Shown in pieces: positions 41,701 to 50,827 of a stretch of 64,000 bases of DNA. Each line of letters begins with the position of its first letter. The first letter of the stretch is position 1. A program made the translations under genes and the position numbers. Origin of the DNA: a virus (Duplodnaviria; Caudoviricetes); IMG/VR virus record IMGVR_UViG_3300028591_000010, positions 1 to 64,000 of that record; one strand, written 5' to 3'. The notes beneath the pieces were generated by a model that saw only the letters and a program-made list of their open reading frames with translations, did no database searches and had not been told where the DNA came from.

Positions 41701-43087
41701 AGGTGCAGAAATACCAAAAGGATTCTATACTAAATATGAAATGCAATAGGCATTCATAAATGCTGGAAAAACAAAGTCTGATGGCACTAAAGCGTTCCAT
41801 AATTACTCGCATTTAGGTAATCGTATTACTCTGTGGGACGCATATGAATTCAAAGGAGGATAGGTATCTATTAAACCTCAATATGAACAATATGTAACAT
41901 AGAGGGTAAAGACTAACATTGCTACTAAAACTAAGAAACGTGGAGCTCTATACAATGGTATGAATCCAGATAATGATATCCCTCGTTGGAAACGTGATGT
42001 GATTGGTAGATTAGCTGGTGCATTACGTGCGTGGATTCAACAGCAAGTTCAACATCTTGTCGCAGGTGGAACAGATAGTATTGCAAGAGGCTAGCGCGAA
42101 GAACTTAGCTATGAGTCTAATACTAGCGGTACTAAATTAAAACGTAGATATAAGAATTTAACATAGGGTGAAATAGATGCGATTGACGCAGAAATAGCCC
42201 GCGCTAAAAGCGCTGGAGAAGATGTAAATTCTAAAGAGTTTTAGAAGAAACTTCGCACTATACAAAAACAAGCAAAAGATTTACAAAATGTTAGAAAAAT
42301 GGCGTGGGACTATGAAACTGGAACCCCATAGGATCAAATATTAGTCGGTTTAATAAGGTCTCTCAGAACTTTGTTTAGAGAAGCAAATCAAATGCTCTTA
42401 CATAAACCACGTACCGCTAAATTATCAGAAGTAGAAAAATATGCTTGGAAAGATACATTAATATTTATAGGAATGCTTTCTATGATGATGATAGGGTGGA
42501 CATTTATCCATGATGATGCAAGAGAAGTACCTAAACCTACTACAAGAGAAGAAGCTGGACCAGCATCAATGTTAAATCCTGTAGATTATTATGAGTATAT
42601 ACGCGACATTTATATTCCAAATCAATATTGGAAGTTAGCAACTGACGATATATATTTCAGAATAGTGGAAGCTAAAATATCAAGTGTAAACGTTCAACAG
42701 GTATTAGATATTGTGAACGCTCTTACAGCGTTGAAAAGCGGTTTCGATAATCAATTTGCTCTAATATTAAATGACGACGATGATTCTGAAGGTATATTAA
42801 AACAAGGAGGATATAAATTCTATACAAAAGGAGAAAAAGCTTTATACAAAGCAGTTGGTCCTGTGAATAATTTACATACCTTCTTGACATATTACGGTGC
42901 TACAGGTAACCTACGTTGGTATACAAATAAGTTCGGTAAAGTGTATAGAGCTTTTGGTTACGACTTTAAAGCAAAAGACAAAGCTGCAGATAAGAAAAAA
43001 TCAGCAGTAAATGAAGGATTCTCTGGAGGCGACTTCAGTGAAGGTGGATTTGAAGGCGGCGGATTTTCTGGAGGAGACTTCTTCTGA
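35780..43087 (+). CDS. Large ejected polyvalent protein with ART-PolyVal-like domain (TAG=Gln, ~2435 aa)
   Basis: Eight fragments in one frame. FLKWFGNW...SKVVDENGEPLVVWHGS...MYPSFLSIKNP near the N-terminus, degenerate zincin AEEMLH, TM segment near the C-terminus, TGA stop. Confidence 0.75.
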
Positions 43088-43133
43088 TTTTCAAAAAGCC
43101 TATAAAACTCTCATTATATATTTCCAATAAACG

Positions 43134-43171
43134 AAAAGGGAACAACATCTTATGATGCTGCTCCCTTTTTT
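43134..43171. terminator. Bidirectional terminator at the late/early convergence
   Basis: AAAAGGGAACAACATC-TTAT-GATGCTGCTCCCTTTTTT has A and T runs on both sides and lies between convergent gene blocks. Confidence 0.7.
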
Positions 43172-43641
43172 GGTATAGTTAAACCATCTTCTCCATAACT
43201 ATCTGGATAATAATCTTGTAATGGCATATCGTGGGAATACTGCGTCACTATTGACGAGTCTCCCACTAACTTATCTATAAGGTCCTTAGGAAAATTCCAG
43301 AACTGCAAAACTGAAATCTTCTGTTCTCCTGTAAGATGTACAATGCCATTTTGTTTTGCTATACCTGGTTTTATAGTAAACACATAAACATAATATGGAA
43401 CTCCTTTTACAAGTTTAACATATTTACGTTTAAGTGAACGTGAAGAATCTAAATGAATCGCTCTATTTGTAACATGATCATTTCGTATTCTATCATCGTA
43501 TACCAGATATAACTCCATATCTCCAGTAGGTTTATCTGGATCAAAGGTATAACTATCTATGAATCCTGCAGCGGCAGTGAAGTCAATCGAATTAACTCCA
43601 CCGTCGATGAAAGGAATTGTTAATTTTTCAAATGTACTCAT
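43150..43641 (-). CDS. Hypothetical protein
   Basis: 163 aa ORF, overlapping start/stop with the upstream nuclease gene. Confidence 0.7.
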   Translation of the reverse strand: MSTFEKLTIPFIDGGVNSIDFTAAAGFIDSYTFDPDKPTGDMELYLVYDDRIRNDHVTNRAIHLDSSRSLKRKYVKLVKGVPYYVYVFTIKPGIAKQNGIVHLTGEQKISVLQFWNFPKDLIDKLVGDSSIVTQYSHDMPLQDYYPDSYGEDGLTIPKKGAAS

Positions 43642-44666
43642 AGGTTCAATGACTCTGAGCCATCGCCTTCATAATATTCTCTACTATGCTCCCACTTGCC
43701 TGTAGACTGATGCCATGCTATTTCATCTAGAACATCGTGTATGATTGCTATTCTAGAATTAACAGTATATTCATCAATACAAAACACACGAATCTCATAA
43801 CTACCTGTAGTATCTATACCGATAATGTAGAATTCAAAGTCCCATGTTAATGGGTCTTCTCCACATTCATTTTTTAGATACCATAAAACAGCGTTTTTAT
43901 AATAACACAACTGTCTTAGATAGTCATACATCTCTATACTTTCCTCAAAGTGCCACAGTTTTGCTGTAGTCTTTAAGTCGTATATAATAGCTTTCTTATT
44001 CTTGAAATCAAGAGTAAGACCGTCTAACAGAGATTTACATTGTACGCCTCTGCATTCCCAGTTTATATGAAATTCGTGACTGTAAGTAAATCTTGCCCCT
44101 TCGTGATACGAAACCTTTACGTCGAACGAATCTTCAAATCCAAGTTCCGTGTCAAATGGCCAGATTATCTTACGAGCAAGCTTATGAGATTGAATGTTAT
44201 GCTTGATTTTTTCAAGCATTTTAACATCCCAAGGACTAATCATAATCCTTCCATCATTTTCTTTCAAGAAGTCTATATAATCCTTCAACGTAGAGGCTAT
44301 TTTAAGGCCTTCTGACAGCATTTTGTCTTCTGACTTTCCTGCTGTACTATATGCTTCTTTATAAGCGCTTAGAATGGCTCTATTTGGCTCTATTTCTAGT
44401 GAAGATGCTAAAGCCTGACAGAACTTCTCCTGCTGTGCAGAATTAGGTCTACTTTTGTCCCAGACTACATAGTCTTTTTGGAACTCTTCTGGCTGTAACA
44501 GATATTCGTGAATCATAGTTCCACGCTCCAACACAGGATTCTTTTCTTCTGGTGGAGGATCTGTTAGCATCTTATGTAAAAAGGCTGGTCCCTTCTGTAG
44601 AAACCAGCCTATGTTCGAATTTGAGATCCTCGAAAGGTCCTCGTAATATGGAATACTTATATCCAT
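43638..44666 (-). CDS. PD-(D/E)XK exonuclease (RecE/exonuclease VIII-like, DUF3799-type)
   Basis: ISNSNI, GTMIHEYLL, CKSLLD...IYDLKTT, YLRQLCYY motifs. Confidence 0.8.
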   Translation of the reverse strand: MDISIPYYEDLSRISNSNIGWFLQKGPAFLHKMLTDPPPEEKNPVLERGTMIHEYLLQPEEFQKDYVVWDKSRPNSAQQEKFCQALASSLEIEPNRAILSAYKEAYSTAGKSEDKMLSEGLKIASTLKDYIDFLKENDGRIMISPWDVKMLEKIKHNIQSHKLARKIIWPFDTELGFEDSFDVKVSYHEGARFTYSHEFHINWECRGVQCKSLLDGLTLDFKNKKAIIYDLKTTAKLWHFEESIEMYDYLRQLCYYKNAVLWYLKNECGEDPLTWDFEFYIIGIDTTGSYEIRVFCIDEYTVNSRIAIIHDVLDEIAWHQSTGKWEHSREYYEGDGSESLNL

Positions 44667-45448
44667 TATTTCTTAGCAATGTTAAGGAACTCCATGATTT
44701 CATCAAACGAATCGTCAGGATTGTTCTTCAACTCCTCACCGAAGATTATGACATTATCGTGAGACACAGTCGCAACGTTACTACAGAAGTATTCTGCAGC
44801 AGCATCAGACTTATCCTTGTTGTTGATTATATCATTCAATATACCAGCAACAGTCTCCTTAGTAAGTCCCTTAAAGGTCTTCTTATAACGAATACGAGAA
44901 CATCTATCGTTCAAGTACTCATCGATTTCCTTCTCGTTGTTACAAGTACATATTACAAGCTTCTTGCAAGTAGGCTTAACACCATCTAAGAAACCCAACA
45001 GATATCGTGTATTCCAATATTTGTCGATTTCATCAAATATAACACATACGTCAGTGTTCACATTAGCGAAGAATCCTTCTATATCATCTGCAAATACATT
45101 CTTATCTATTACAATAATAGGCAATCCAGATTCTACAGCTATCTTCTTAGCCATCAAAGTCTTACCACTACCTTTCATACCACTCAACAAGACACCCGTA
45201 GTCATCTTATCGGTGTTATTAAAAGTATTAATAGACTTAGTAATGAATTTATTATCCTTATCTGTCAGATAATAAGTCTTCGGAAATTCGAAATCCTTAT
45301 CCTCTGAAAGATAATCTAAACCTTCTCCTTTATCGTGAAGCAGATTATAAACTTTGCCATTTTGAAGAGTGCAATCAAGACCCTCAGGCTTTGGGATTAT
45401 ATGACCATTGTGCTGAATAAAATCACTTGTTTTCTTTATCTTTTCCAT
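44666..45448 (-). CDS. AAA+ ATPase
   Basis: Walker A GMKGSGKT, Walker B VIFDEIDK, arginine-finger region DRCSR. Confidence 0.85.
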   Translation of the reverse strand: MEKIKKTSDFIQHNGHIIPKPEGLDCTLQNGKVYNLLHDKGEGLDYLSEDKDFEFPKTYYLTDKDNKFITKSINTFNNTDKMTTGVLLSGMKGSGKTLMAKKIAVESGLPIIVIDKNVFADDIEGFFANVNTDVCVIFDEIDKYWNTRYLLGFLDGVKPTCKKLVICTCNNEKEIDEYLNDRCSRIRYKKTFKGLTKETVAGILNDIINNKDKSDAAAEYFCSNVATVSHDNVIIFGEELKNNPDDSFDEIMEFLNIAKK

Positions 45449-45830
45449 TTTGTCTCTGACTTAAAAGTTCTTGGATCATTTCATCTACCTGTTTATGATT
45501 TCTCACCAGATAGCAGCGCATCTTGGAATGATGACGCTTTAAATAATATTTGAAGAGTTTCCATCTTAAAGGGAACGAATCTCCCATAAGACCTTTACAT
45601 TCTACTATAAATCCACGACCTACAAAGTCTGGTAGATATGTAATAGCACGTATTTTCTCTCCTAAAAACTCGAACTTAGGTAACAGAGTAAAATGCTTTG
45701 GCTCATATTTCACAGGTATTCCTGCTTTCATAAAAGCTTCATAAGTATAGAGTTCGAGTTTACTCCTAAAATGGATTCCATACTTATCGACCGCTGTCGC
45801 ATTTTTTACTCTGCTTTTAGAGGATGTCAT
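45423..45830 (-). CDS. PD-(D/E)XK endonuclease (DUF1064/T7 endonuclease I-like)
   Basis: FRSKLE...YEP...TYLPDF...IVECKG motif. Confidence 0.75.
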   Translation of the reverse strand: MTSSKSRVKNATAVDKYGIHFRSKLELYTYEAFMKAGIPVKYEPKHFTLLPKFEFLGEKIRAITYLPDFVGRGFIVECKGLMGDSFPLRWKLFKYYLKRHHSKMRCYLVRNHKQVDEMIQELLSQRQNGKDKENK

Positions 45831-46074
45831 GAACAGCGTCTTTTACGCCATCCTTATCGAATCGAATAGCGGATACAATCTTACCGTCCTTACGGAGTGC
45901 AAGATAACTATTGTCTTCCTTTTCAAACTTCTTATCGATAGCAATCACCTCATAACCGTCTGACATCTGTTTAATGATGTAAGGCTGTTTGAGATATCTG
46001 TATGCTGCATATGCGGCTCCTGCACCAGTACATATCATACCAAGCAGAAAACCGAGGATCAAAGTCTCAATCAT
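45817..46074 (-). CDS. Small membrane-anchored hypothetical protein
   Basis: 85 aa with N-terminal hydrophobic helix, overlaps both neighbours. Confidence 0.6.
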   Translation of the reverse strand: MIETLILGFLLGMICTGAGAAYAAYRYLKQPYIIKQMSDGYEVIAIDKKFEKEDNSYLALRKDGKIVSAIRFDKDGVKDAVHDIL

Positions 46075-47041
46075 ATCGCTTTACTGTATTTGTAAACCAA
46101 GTTTTCACTTGGTCATAGTTATTATTCTTTACTGCGTCTGAAATATCTTTCGATTTAAATTTCTTGTGGACAAATATAGCGTCAAATTTATACTGTTTAC
46201 TGTAATCACGAGCTTTCAACATTCCTGTTGCATCTCGATCATACAATATAACAATATGTTTCCATTTACGTCGTAATGACTTAATTATATCTTCTGGTAT
46301 AAAGGTAGTTTCACTTGATGCAGCTATAGCATTAAATCCCATCTCATACAAACACATCACGTCTTTCAACGATTTTGTGATTATAAGCAGATTTCCCCCC
46401 TCATAGGGCAATTCGGCTAATCCCTGAACGTGCCGATTTGTCAGATTGGTACGCCATTTAGTATACTTTGAGGCTAAAGGACGATAAATCTTAAACTTAT
46501 CATAAACCTTATATGCATACATAGGACTATCTTCTTTGTAGGTTCCTCTGACGACTCTATTACATAAGAAGTATTTAATGCTAAATACATTGAATCGCTT
46601 TAATGTATCAATTGATATATGAAATTGCTTCCAATATCTCTTGTCTGCTTCAGTAAACGGTTGTCGAACTATTCCGATATCAGTATCTTCTCTAGGAGTA
46701 TATGATCGCGTCACTGTTGCCGCACTGCTGGTTGGATTAGATCGCCGTACGATCCTCAGCAATTCTTTCTCTAGTTCTTCTCTCGTTTGTATTCCTTTAT
46801 AGAGCTTCATAAACTTGAGAGCATTACCTGCTACTCCAGTTCCATGATCTTTGAAGAATAATGTACCTTCTTTATTTGGAAATATACAAAAAGAGGGCAT
46901 CTTATCATCACTTCGTAAAGGACTATTCATTAACTTACCAGGCTTAAATGGGCCTAAATAATATGAATAGATTGTATAGTCATCCACTTTTGACAACAAG
47001 TCTCTAAGACTCATTGTGATTGCTGTTTTTGTGCTATACAT
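46067..47041 (-). CDS. dnaG: DnaG-family primase (crAss type)
   Basis: SPLRSDDKMPSF...FKDHG N-terminal domain and TOPRIM motifs ITKSLKDVM and LYDRDATG. Confidence 0.85.
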   Translation of the reverse strand: MYSTKTAITMSLRDLLSKVDDYTIYSYYLGPFKPGKLMNSPLRSDDKMPSFCIFPNKEGTLFFKDHGTGVAGNALKFMKLYKGIQTREELEKELLRIVRRSNPTSSAATVTRSYTPREDTDIGIVRQPFTEADKRYWKQFHISIDTLKRFNVFSIKYFLCNRVVRGTYKEDSPMYAYKVYDKFKIYRPLASKYTKWRTNLTNRHVQGLAELPYEGGNLLIITKSLKDVMCLYEMGFNAIAASSETTFIPEDIIKSLRRKWKHIVILYDRDATGMLKARDYSKQYKFDAIFVHKKFKSKDISDAVKNNNYDQVKTWFTNTVKRYD

Positions 47042-47063
47042 GGCTTATAAGCTCTTTTGTATT

Positions 47064-47128
47064 GTTGTGTGTAGGGATTCGAACCCTATTACGTAATTTT
47101 TCATACGCAGCCTCCAGGATCACACTTC
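47064..47128 (-). ncRNA. tRNA-like element upstream of primase
   Basis: GTGTG/CACAC acceptor-like stem, perfect T-arm TAGGG-TTCGAAT-CCCTA, anticodon-like stem with a non-canonical 8-nt loop. Confidence 0.55.
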
Positions 47129-47399
47129 AGGTCATCTTAAACTCTTTTGTATATTCTTTGTCTTTTACACAGTTTGAATAAAACTTCCAACCCACATATC
47201 ACCATGTTTATTTCTAAGAGGAGTGATATGATTTGACCTCTTCGTTAGGGGCTGACAGGATTAACCTATCAGTCCTCCACCACTGACCGTTTTCATCAAC
47301 CACATATAGATATGAGGACAACTCCATCTCAATTTATAGAAATAAAGTTTATCCGTCCTATCTAAGTGGATGTATCTTATGATTTCCTTTTCAGGTATA

Positions 47400-47996
47400 T
47401 CAAAAAGGCAGGTCGTCAGCACCTGTTGAAGTCTCAGTCACCGGAGTAGCTGCTACGCTAAGCGGATCTGCAGCAGGCTCGTTGTCTGCTACAACTGGAC
47501 GCTCAAGAAGATCGTTCTTCCAGAGCTTAATCTGAGACTCTGTTACACTCATAGGTTCAACGAATGCACCAAGAGAACTTACTTTCGTAAATCCTTTCTT
47601 GTCATAAACCACCTTAAGACGAAGAGGAGTAGCCAACTGAACTGTTTCCAGCTGAGTTTTAACCCAATTTATCATTTCAATAAACGAGCTACCTTCAAAC
47701 TCATTATGACTACCGTTAACAGAATCTATTACCTGCAGAATACGACCGAACTGCTGATTATCGCGCTGCTGAAGTTCTTCATCAGTCTTAATCCACATAT
47801 TCTTCTCGTTCTTCCACTCAGTCATAGTTGCTGTCTGACCCTGTTCATTCTCAAAGATTATCTCCAAGAAATCACGTCCTTGAGGTGTTTTATTTACATT
47901 AACTTCTTTTAAAGTTACATTTTCGTTGATGCCTACAGGCATATAGGAGCTTGTAAACTCCTGATTATTTGTTGTTGCTGTTTTTGTACTATACAT
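47400..47996 (-). CDS. ssb: Single-stranded DNA-binding protein (putative)
   Basis: 198 aa with acidic C-terminal GADDLPF tip, located between the Sak4-like ATPase and primase. Confidence 0.7.
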   Translation of the reverse strand: MYSTKTATTNNQEFTSSYMPVGINENVTLKEVNVNKTPQGRDFLEIIFENEQGQTATMTEWKNEKNMWIKTDEELQQRDNQQFGRILQVIDSVNGSHNEFEGSSFIEMINWVKTQLETVQLATPLRLKVVYDKKGFTKVSSLGAFVEPMSVTESQIKLWKNDLLERPVVADNEPAADPLSVAATPVTETSTGADDLPF

Positions 47997-48022
47997 AATT
48001 TCCGATATTGACTCTAAGGTTC

Positions 48023-48766
48023 TTATTCAGGTTTATAAACACGATCCCAATAGGTTGTTATAGATCCATCATCGTTTCCGGTAGCAATGACAATGTCCTT
48101 GCCCGCGATATGTCTAGCGCGAGCTTCCATGATCGTTCCATCTCCTCCGGATTTAAAACTAATGTGCGTTTCATTATCCTTCCGATAGACGTATCCGACT
48201 GCATCAGCCATTCCGCAGACAATCTTTCCAAGTTTTCCAACGAGGTCGATTTCTTTGGCGTTGACCTCTTCGCCATCTTTATCGGTGATACTATCTTTGA
48301 CATGTCCTATTAGGATAAACTCGTCACACAAATCTTTGAACATATCGATTACTTTCTTTACAGCATCGCGTAAGTACTTATAACCTGCACCTCTTGCGAG
48401 TGTTGTAACATCAGTACCTTTCCAGTTTTTACCCAGTTCAGTCTGCTGATACAATTTGCAAGCATAAGACATACATATGTCCTCTAATCGTGTAGCATTA
48501 TCTATTGTTATATGTTTATAGAAATTATGTCCTACCTCATCGTTCTTAGCTCTAATGGCTTGTGCTATCTCTCCCAGATCATTGATGGTACGTGCCTGAA
48601 CAGCTAGCGCATCTATGAACTGAGATCCGCCTTCAAGGTCTATGATGAGATTATTCTCCAACTGTGCTACACACGAAGTCTTACCAGACTTAGGAAGTCC
48701 GTATAGGATTAAATATGTAGGATTAGTAGAGACTGCAGGAACTTTTTGAGTAGGTAATGTTATCAT
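48023..48766 (-). CDS. AAA_24/Sak4-like ATPase (recombination)
   Basis: YGLPKSGKT, IIDLEGG, ITIDN, ILIGH and MADAVGY motifs. Confidence 0.8.
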   Translation of the reverse strand: MITLPTQKVPAVSTNPTYLILYGLPKSGKTSCVAQLENNLIIDLEGGSQFIDALAVQARTINDLGEIAQAIRAKNDEVGHNFYKHITIDNATRLEDICMSYACKLYQQTELGKNWKGTDVTTLARGAGYKYLRDAVKKVIDMFKDLCDEFILIGHVKDSITDKDGEEVNAKEIDLVGKLGKIVCGMADAVGYVYRKDNETHISFKSGGDGTIMEARARHIAGKDIVIATGNDDGSITTYWDRVYKPE

Positions 48767-48787
48767 ATTGACTTAAAGTTCTAATAA

Positions 48788-49282
48788 TTAAAGGATGTTA
48801 ATATTAATGTTCTTAGCACCCTTAATATAAATGTCGATGATAGTCTTCTTCTTGTTCTCAGCAAGAGAATTCAGGAAGGAAATATTACCGAAGTCCTCGT
48901 AATCGAAGAAATCGTAACCAATCTGAATATTATTCTCGTAGAAAACAATAGGAGTACCATCTGACAGAGTATAACACTTACCGATAATGTACGGGAGCTT
49001 ATACTTCTTGGTATACAACTTATAATTGGTAAGGAACTTACCAGCATCATACAACTTGGGACCGCCCGTCAGGATAATATCACCTGAAGTTTTGCTGAGG
49101 AAATAATCAGCGTCCTCATTCTTTGTACTCAGATTCTTGAACAAATACTGGTTCTTGTCGATTATATCAGTAAGAATGATATCATCGAGAATCTTAGAAT
49201 AGTTTGTACTGCTGGGATTAGCCAGAAAGGAATAATTCTTATTGTTGTTCTTAGTCTTACCAAAAGTGAAAGTCTTTGTCAT
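48788..49282 (-). CDS. Hypothetical protein
   Basis: 164 aa ORF in the replication operon. Confidence 0.65.
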   Translation of the reverse strand: MTKTFTFGKTKNNNKNYSFLANPSSTNYSKILDDIILTDIIDKNQYLFKNLSTKNEDADYFLSKTSGDIILTGGPKLYDAGKFLTNYKLYTKKYKLPYIIGKCYTLSDGTPIVFYENNIQIGYDFFDYEDFGNISFLNSLAENKKKTIIDIYIKGAKNININIL

Positions 49283-49327
49283 AATTCAGCCTAAATTTAA
49301 AAGTTAATACTTGTCATCCACAACGTA

Positions 49328-50251
49328 TTAGCTTTCAATCAGATTATTAAACATAAGGTCATTCTCGAATTCAAGTATACAAGGTTTACCTGCATCTCTG
49401 TTTTTCAACATATGCATGTAGACTTTGTTTTGTGTAGGTAGATGATTCGGACCATATTCTTGTATGTTCAAAATCTCTGGTCTATGCATTACGAGCACAT
49501 AATCACTCGCTTGAAACATTGCATCGGATGACGATAAATCGCTGCGCATTGGGTAATGACTCAGCGGATTGTTTATCCTTTCTGAAGATTCAATGTTTCT
49601 ATTCATCTGTGCTATTTGCACTACTGACGTTAACGGGAACTTTTTAGCTTGTATGAAAACACGCTCAAGTTCTGCTGTTGTCTCTATTACAGAACCAACT
49701 TGTTTCGTCAGCAGAGTATGGTCATACACTATTAAGAAGTGCTTGCCCGTATCTTTCACATAGGTGAAATAGAATTCATTTATAATACGTCTTACATCTT
49801 CAGGAGTACCTGGATTATCTACAAAATAGATAGGATATTCCTTTAGCTGATTAGATACTCTAATGACTTCCTTAAAGGTATTGTCATCGAGGTCCGTCTC
49901 CGAACTATACAAGGTAGAAGTCGTTTTACGAAGTTTATTCGAAAGCGTTCTTCCAACTTGCCTAAATCCAACCATCTCTAATGAGAATGATAAGATGATT
50001 ATATCTTCATTAGGATTCAAATCAATCACATCAGTAGTTAGCTCATTAACAAACGAGCTCTTACCGGAACCAGAGATACCAGCTATGGTATAAACGGTAT
50101 TTGGTTCAATACCTCCCATACACTGCTTATTAAACTTAGACCACCTAGTTTTCAATGAAACAATATTATGTTCCCTTCTACCTCTGATATAGTTGATAGC
50201 TTCTTGAGCTACAACACTCATTGGACGTACTTTAGATGATATCTGTTCCAT
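49328..50251 (-). CDS. dnaB: DnaB-like replicative helicase
   Basis: AGISGSGKS, FSLEM, VYDH, AQMNR, QASD and LKNR SF4 helicase motifs. Confidence 0.9.
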   Translation of the reverse strand: MEQISSKVRPMSVVAQEAINYIRGRREHNIVSLKTRWSKFNKQCMGGIEPNTVYTIAGISGSGKSSFVNELTTDVIDLNPNEDIIILSFSLEMVGFRQVGRTLSNKLRKTTSTLYSSETDLDDNTFKEVIRVSNQLKEYPIYFVDNPGTPEDVRRIINEFYFTYVKDTGKHFLIVYDHTLLTKQVGSVIETTAELERVFIQAKKFPLTSVVQIAQMNRNIESSERINNPLSHYPMRSDLSSSDAMFQASDYVLVMHRPEILNIQEYGPNHLPTQNKVYMHMLKNRDAGKPCILEFENDLMFNNLIES

Positions 50252-50798
50252 AAGAATTTACTGCTATTTTGTTCGTATCTTCCATTTCTTCCTCGATGGC
50301 CTCCCATTGGCTTCTAGTGAGCCAATTCCACATAGTCATCATATAACTAAGGGAGCCTTCTCTCATGCGCTTAGACACCTCGTAGTCGAGGCATTTAATT
50401 ATATGCTCTGCCATAGCGGAGCTTTTACCACATTTAGTATTGAAGAAATGCCGACATTTATTTACATTGGCACGAAGATAGCTTTTAGTGCCATCTTTAC
50501 GCATCACATATACTGGATACATATCGTAAAACAAGTCGAAATAGCTCTTATTAGGAGTTATTGCTTTATTCAACTTGTCTGTTGGTTGATATGTCACAGA
50601 GTCTCCTCTCTCTATCGACTCGACTAATAAATTATCGATTAAGTATGATATCTCGTCGTCGCTGATTAGGCTGACAATCTTGCGGACGTCTTGATATGAT
50701 GGTTGATTCTTATCCAATACCATACTTAAGAACAGTAATTGATTTGAGTTTAGCTCTGGAAATTCATCCAAGAGCTTAGTGTTTACTTCAATAATCAT
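50232..50798 (-). CDS. Putative replication initiator/helicase loader
   Basis: 188 aa between PolB and DnaB, wHTH-like N-terminus, FDLFYDMYP...WLTRSQWE. Confidence 0.5.
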   Translation of the reverse strand: MIIEVNTKLLDEFPELNSNQLLFLSMVLDKNQPSYQDVRKIVSLISDDEISYLIDNLLVESIERGDSVTYQPTDKLNKAITPNKSYFDLFYDMYPVYVMRKDGTKSYLRANVNKCRHFFNTKCGKSSAMAEHIIKCLDYEVSKRMREGSLSYMMTMWNWLTRSQWEAIEEEMEDTNKIAVNSYGTDII

Positions 50799-50827
50799 AC
50801 TGTTGACTCGGGGTTCTAAGTTGGTTA

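Noticed and set aside
2399-43087. Fragmented + strand ORFs as pseudogenes or many small genes
   Set aside because: The fragments share a frame, are broken only by TAG and join into essential virion genes, which indicates recoding rather than decay.
43014-43087. GGxF repeat at the end of the polyvalent protein as a DNA repeat element
   Set aside because: Low-complexity Gly/Phe peptide tail with synonymous variation, explained at the protein level.
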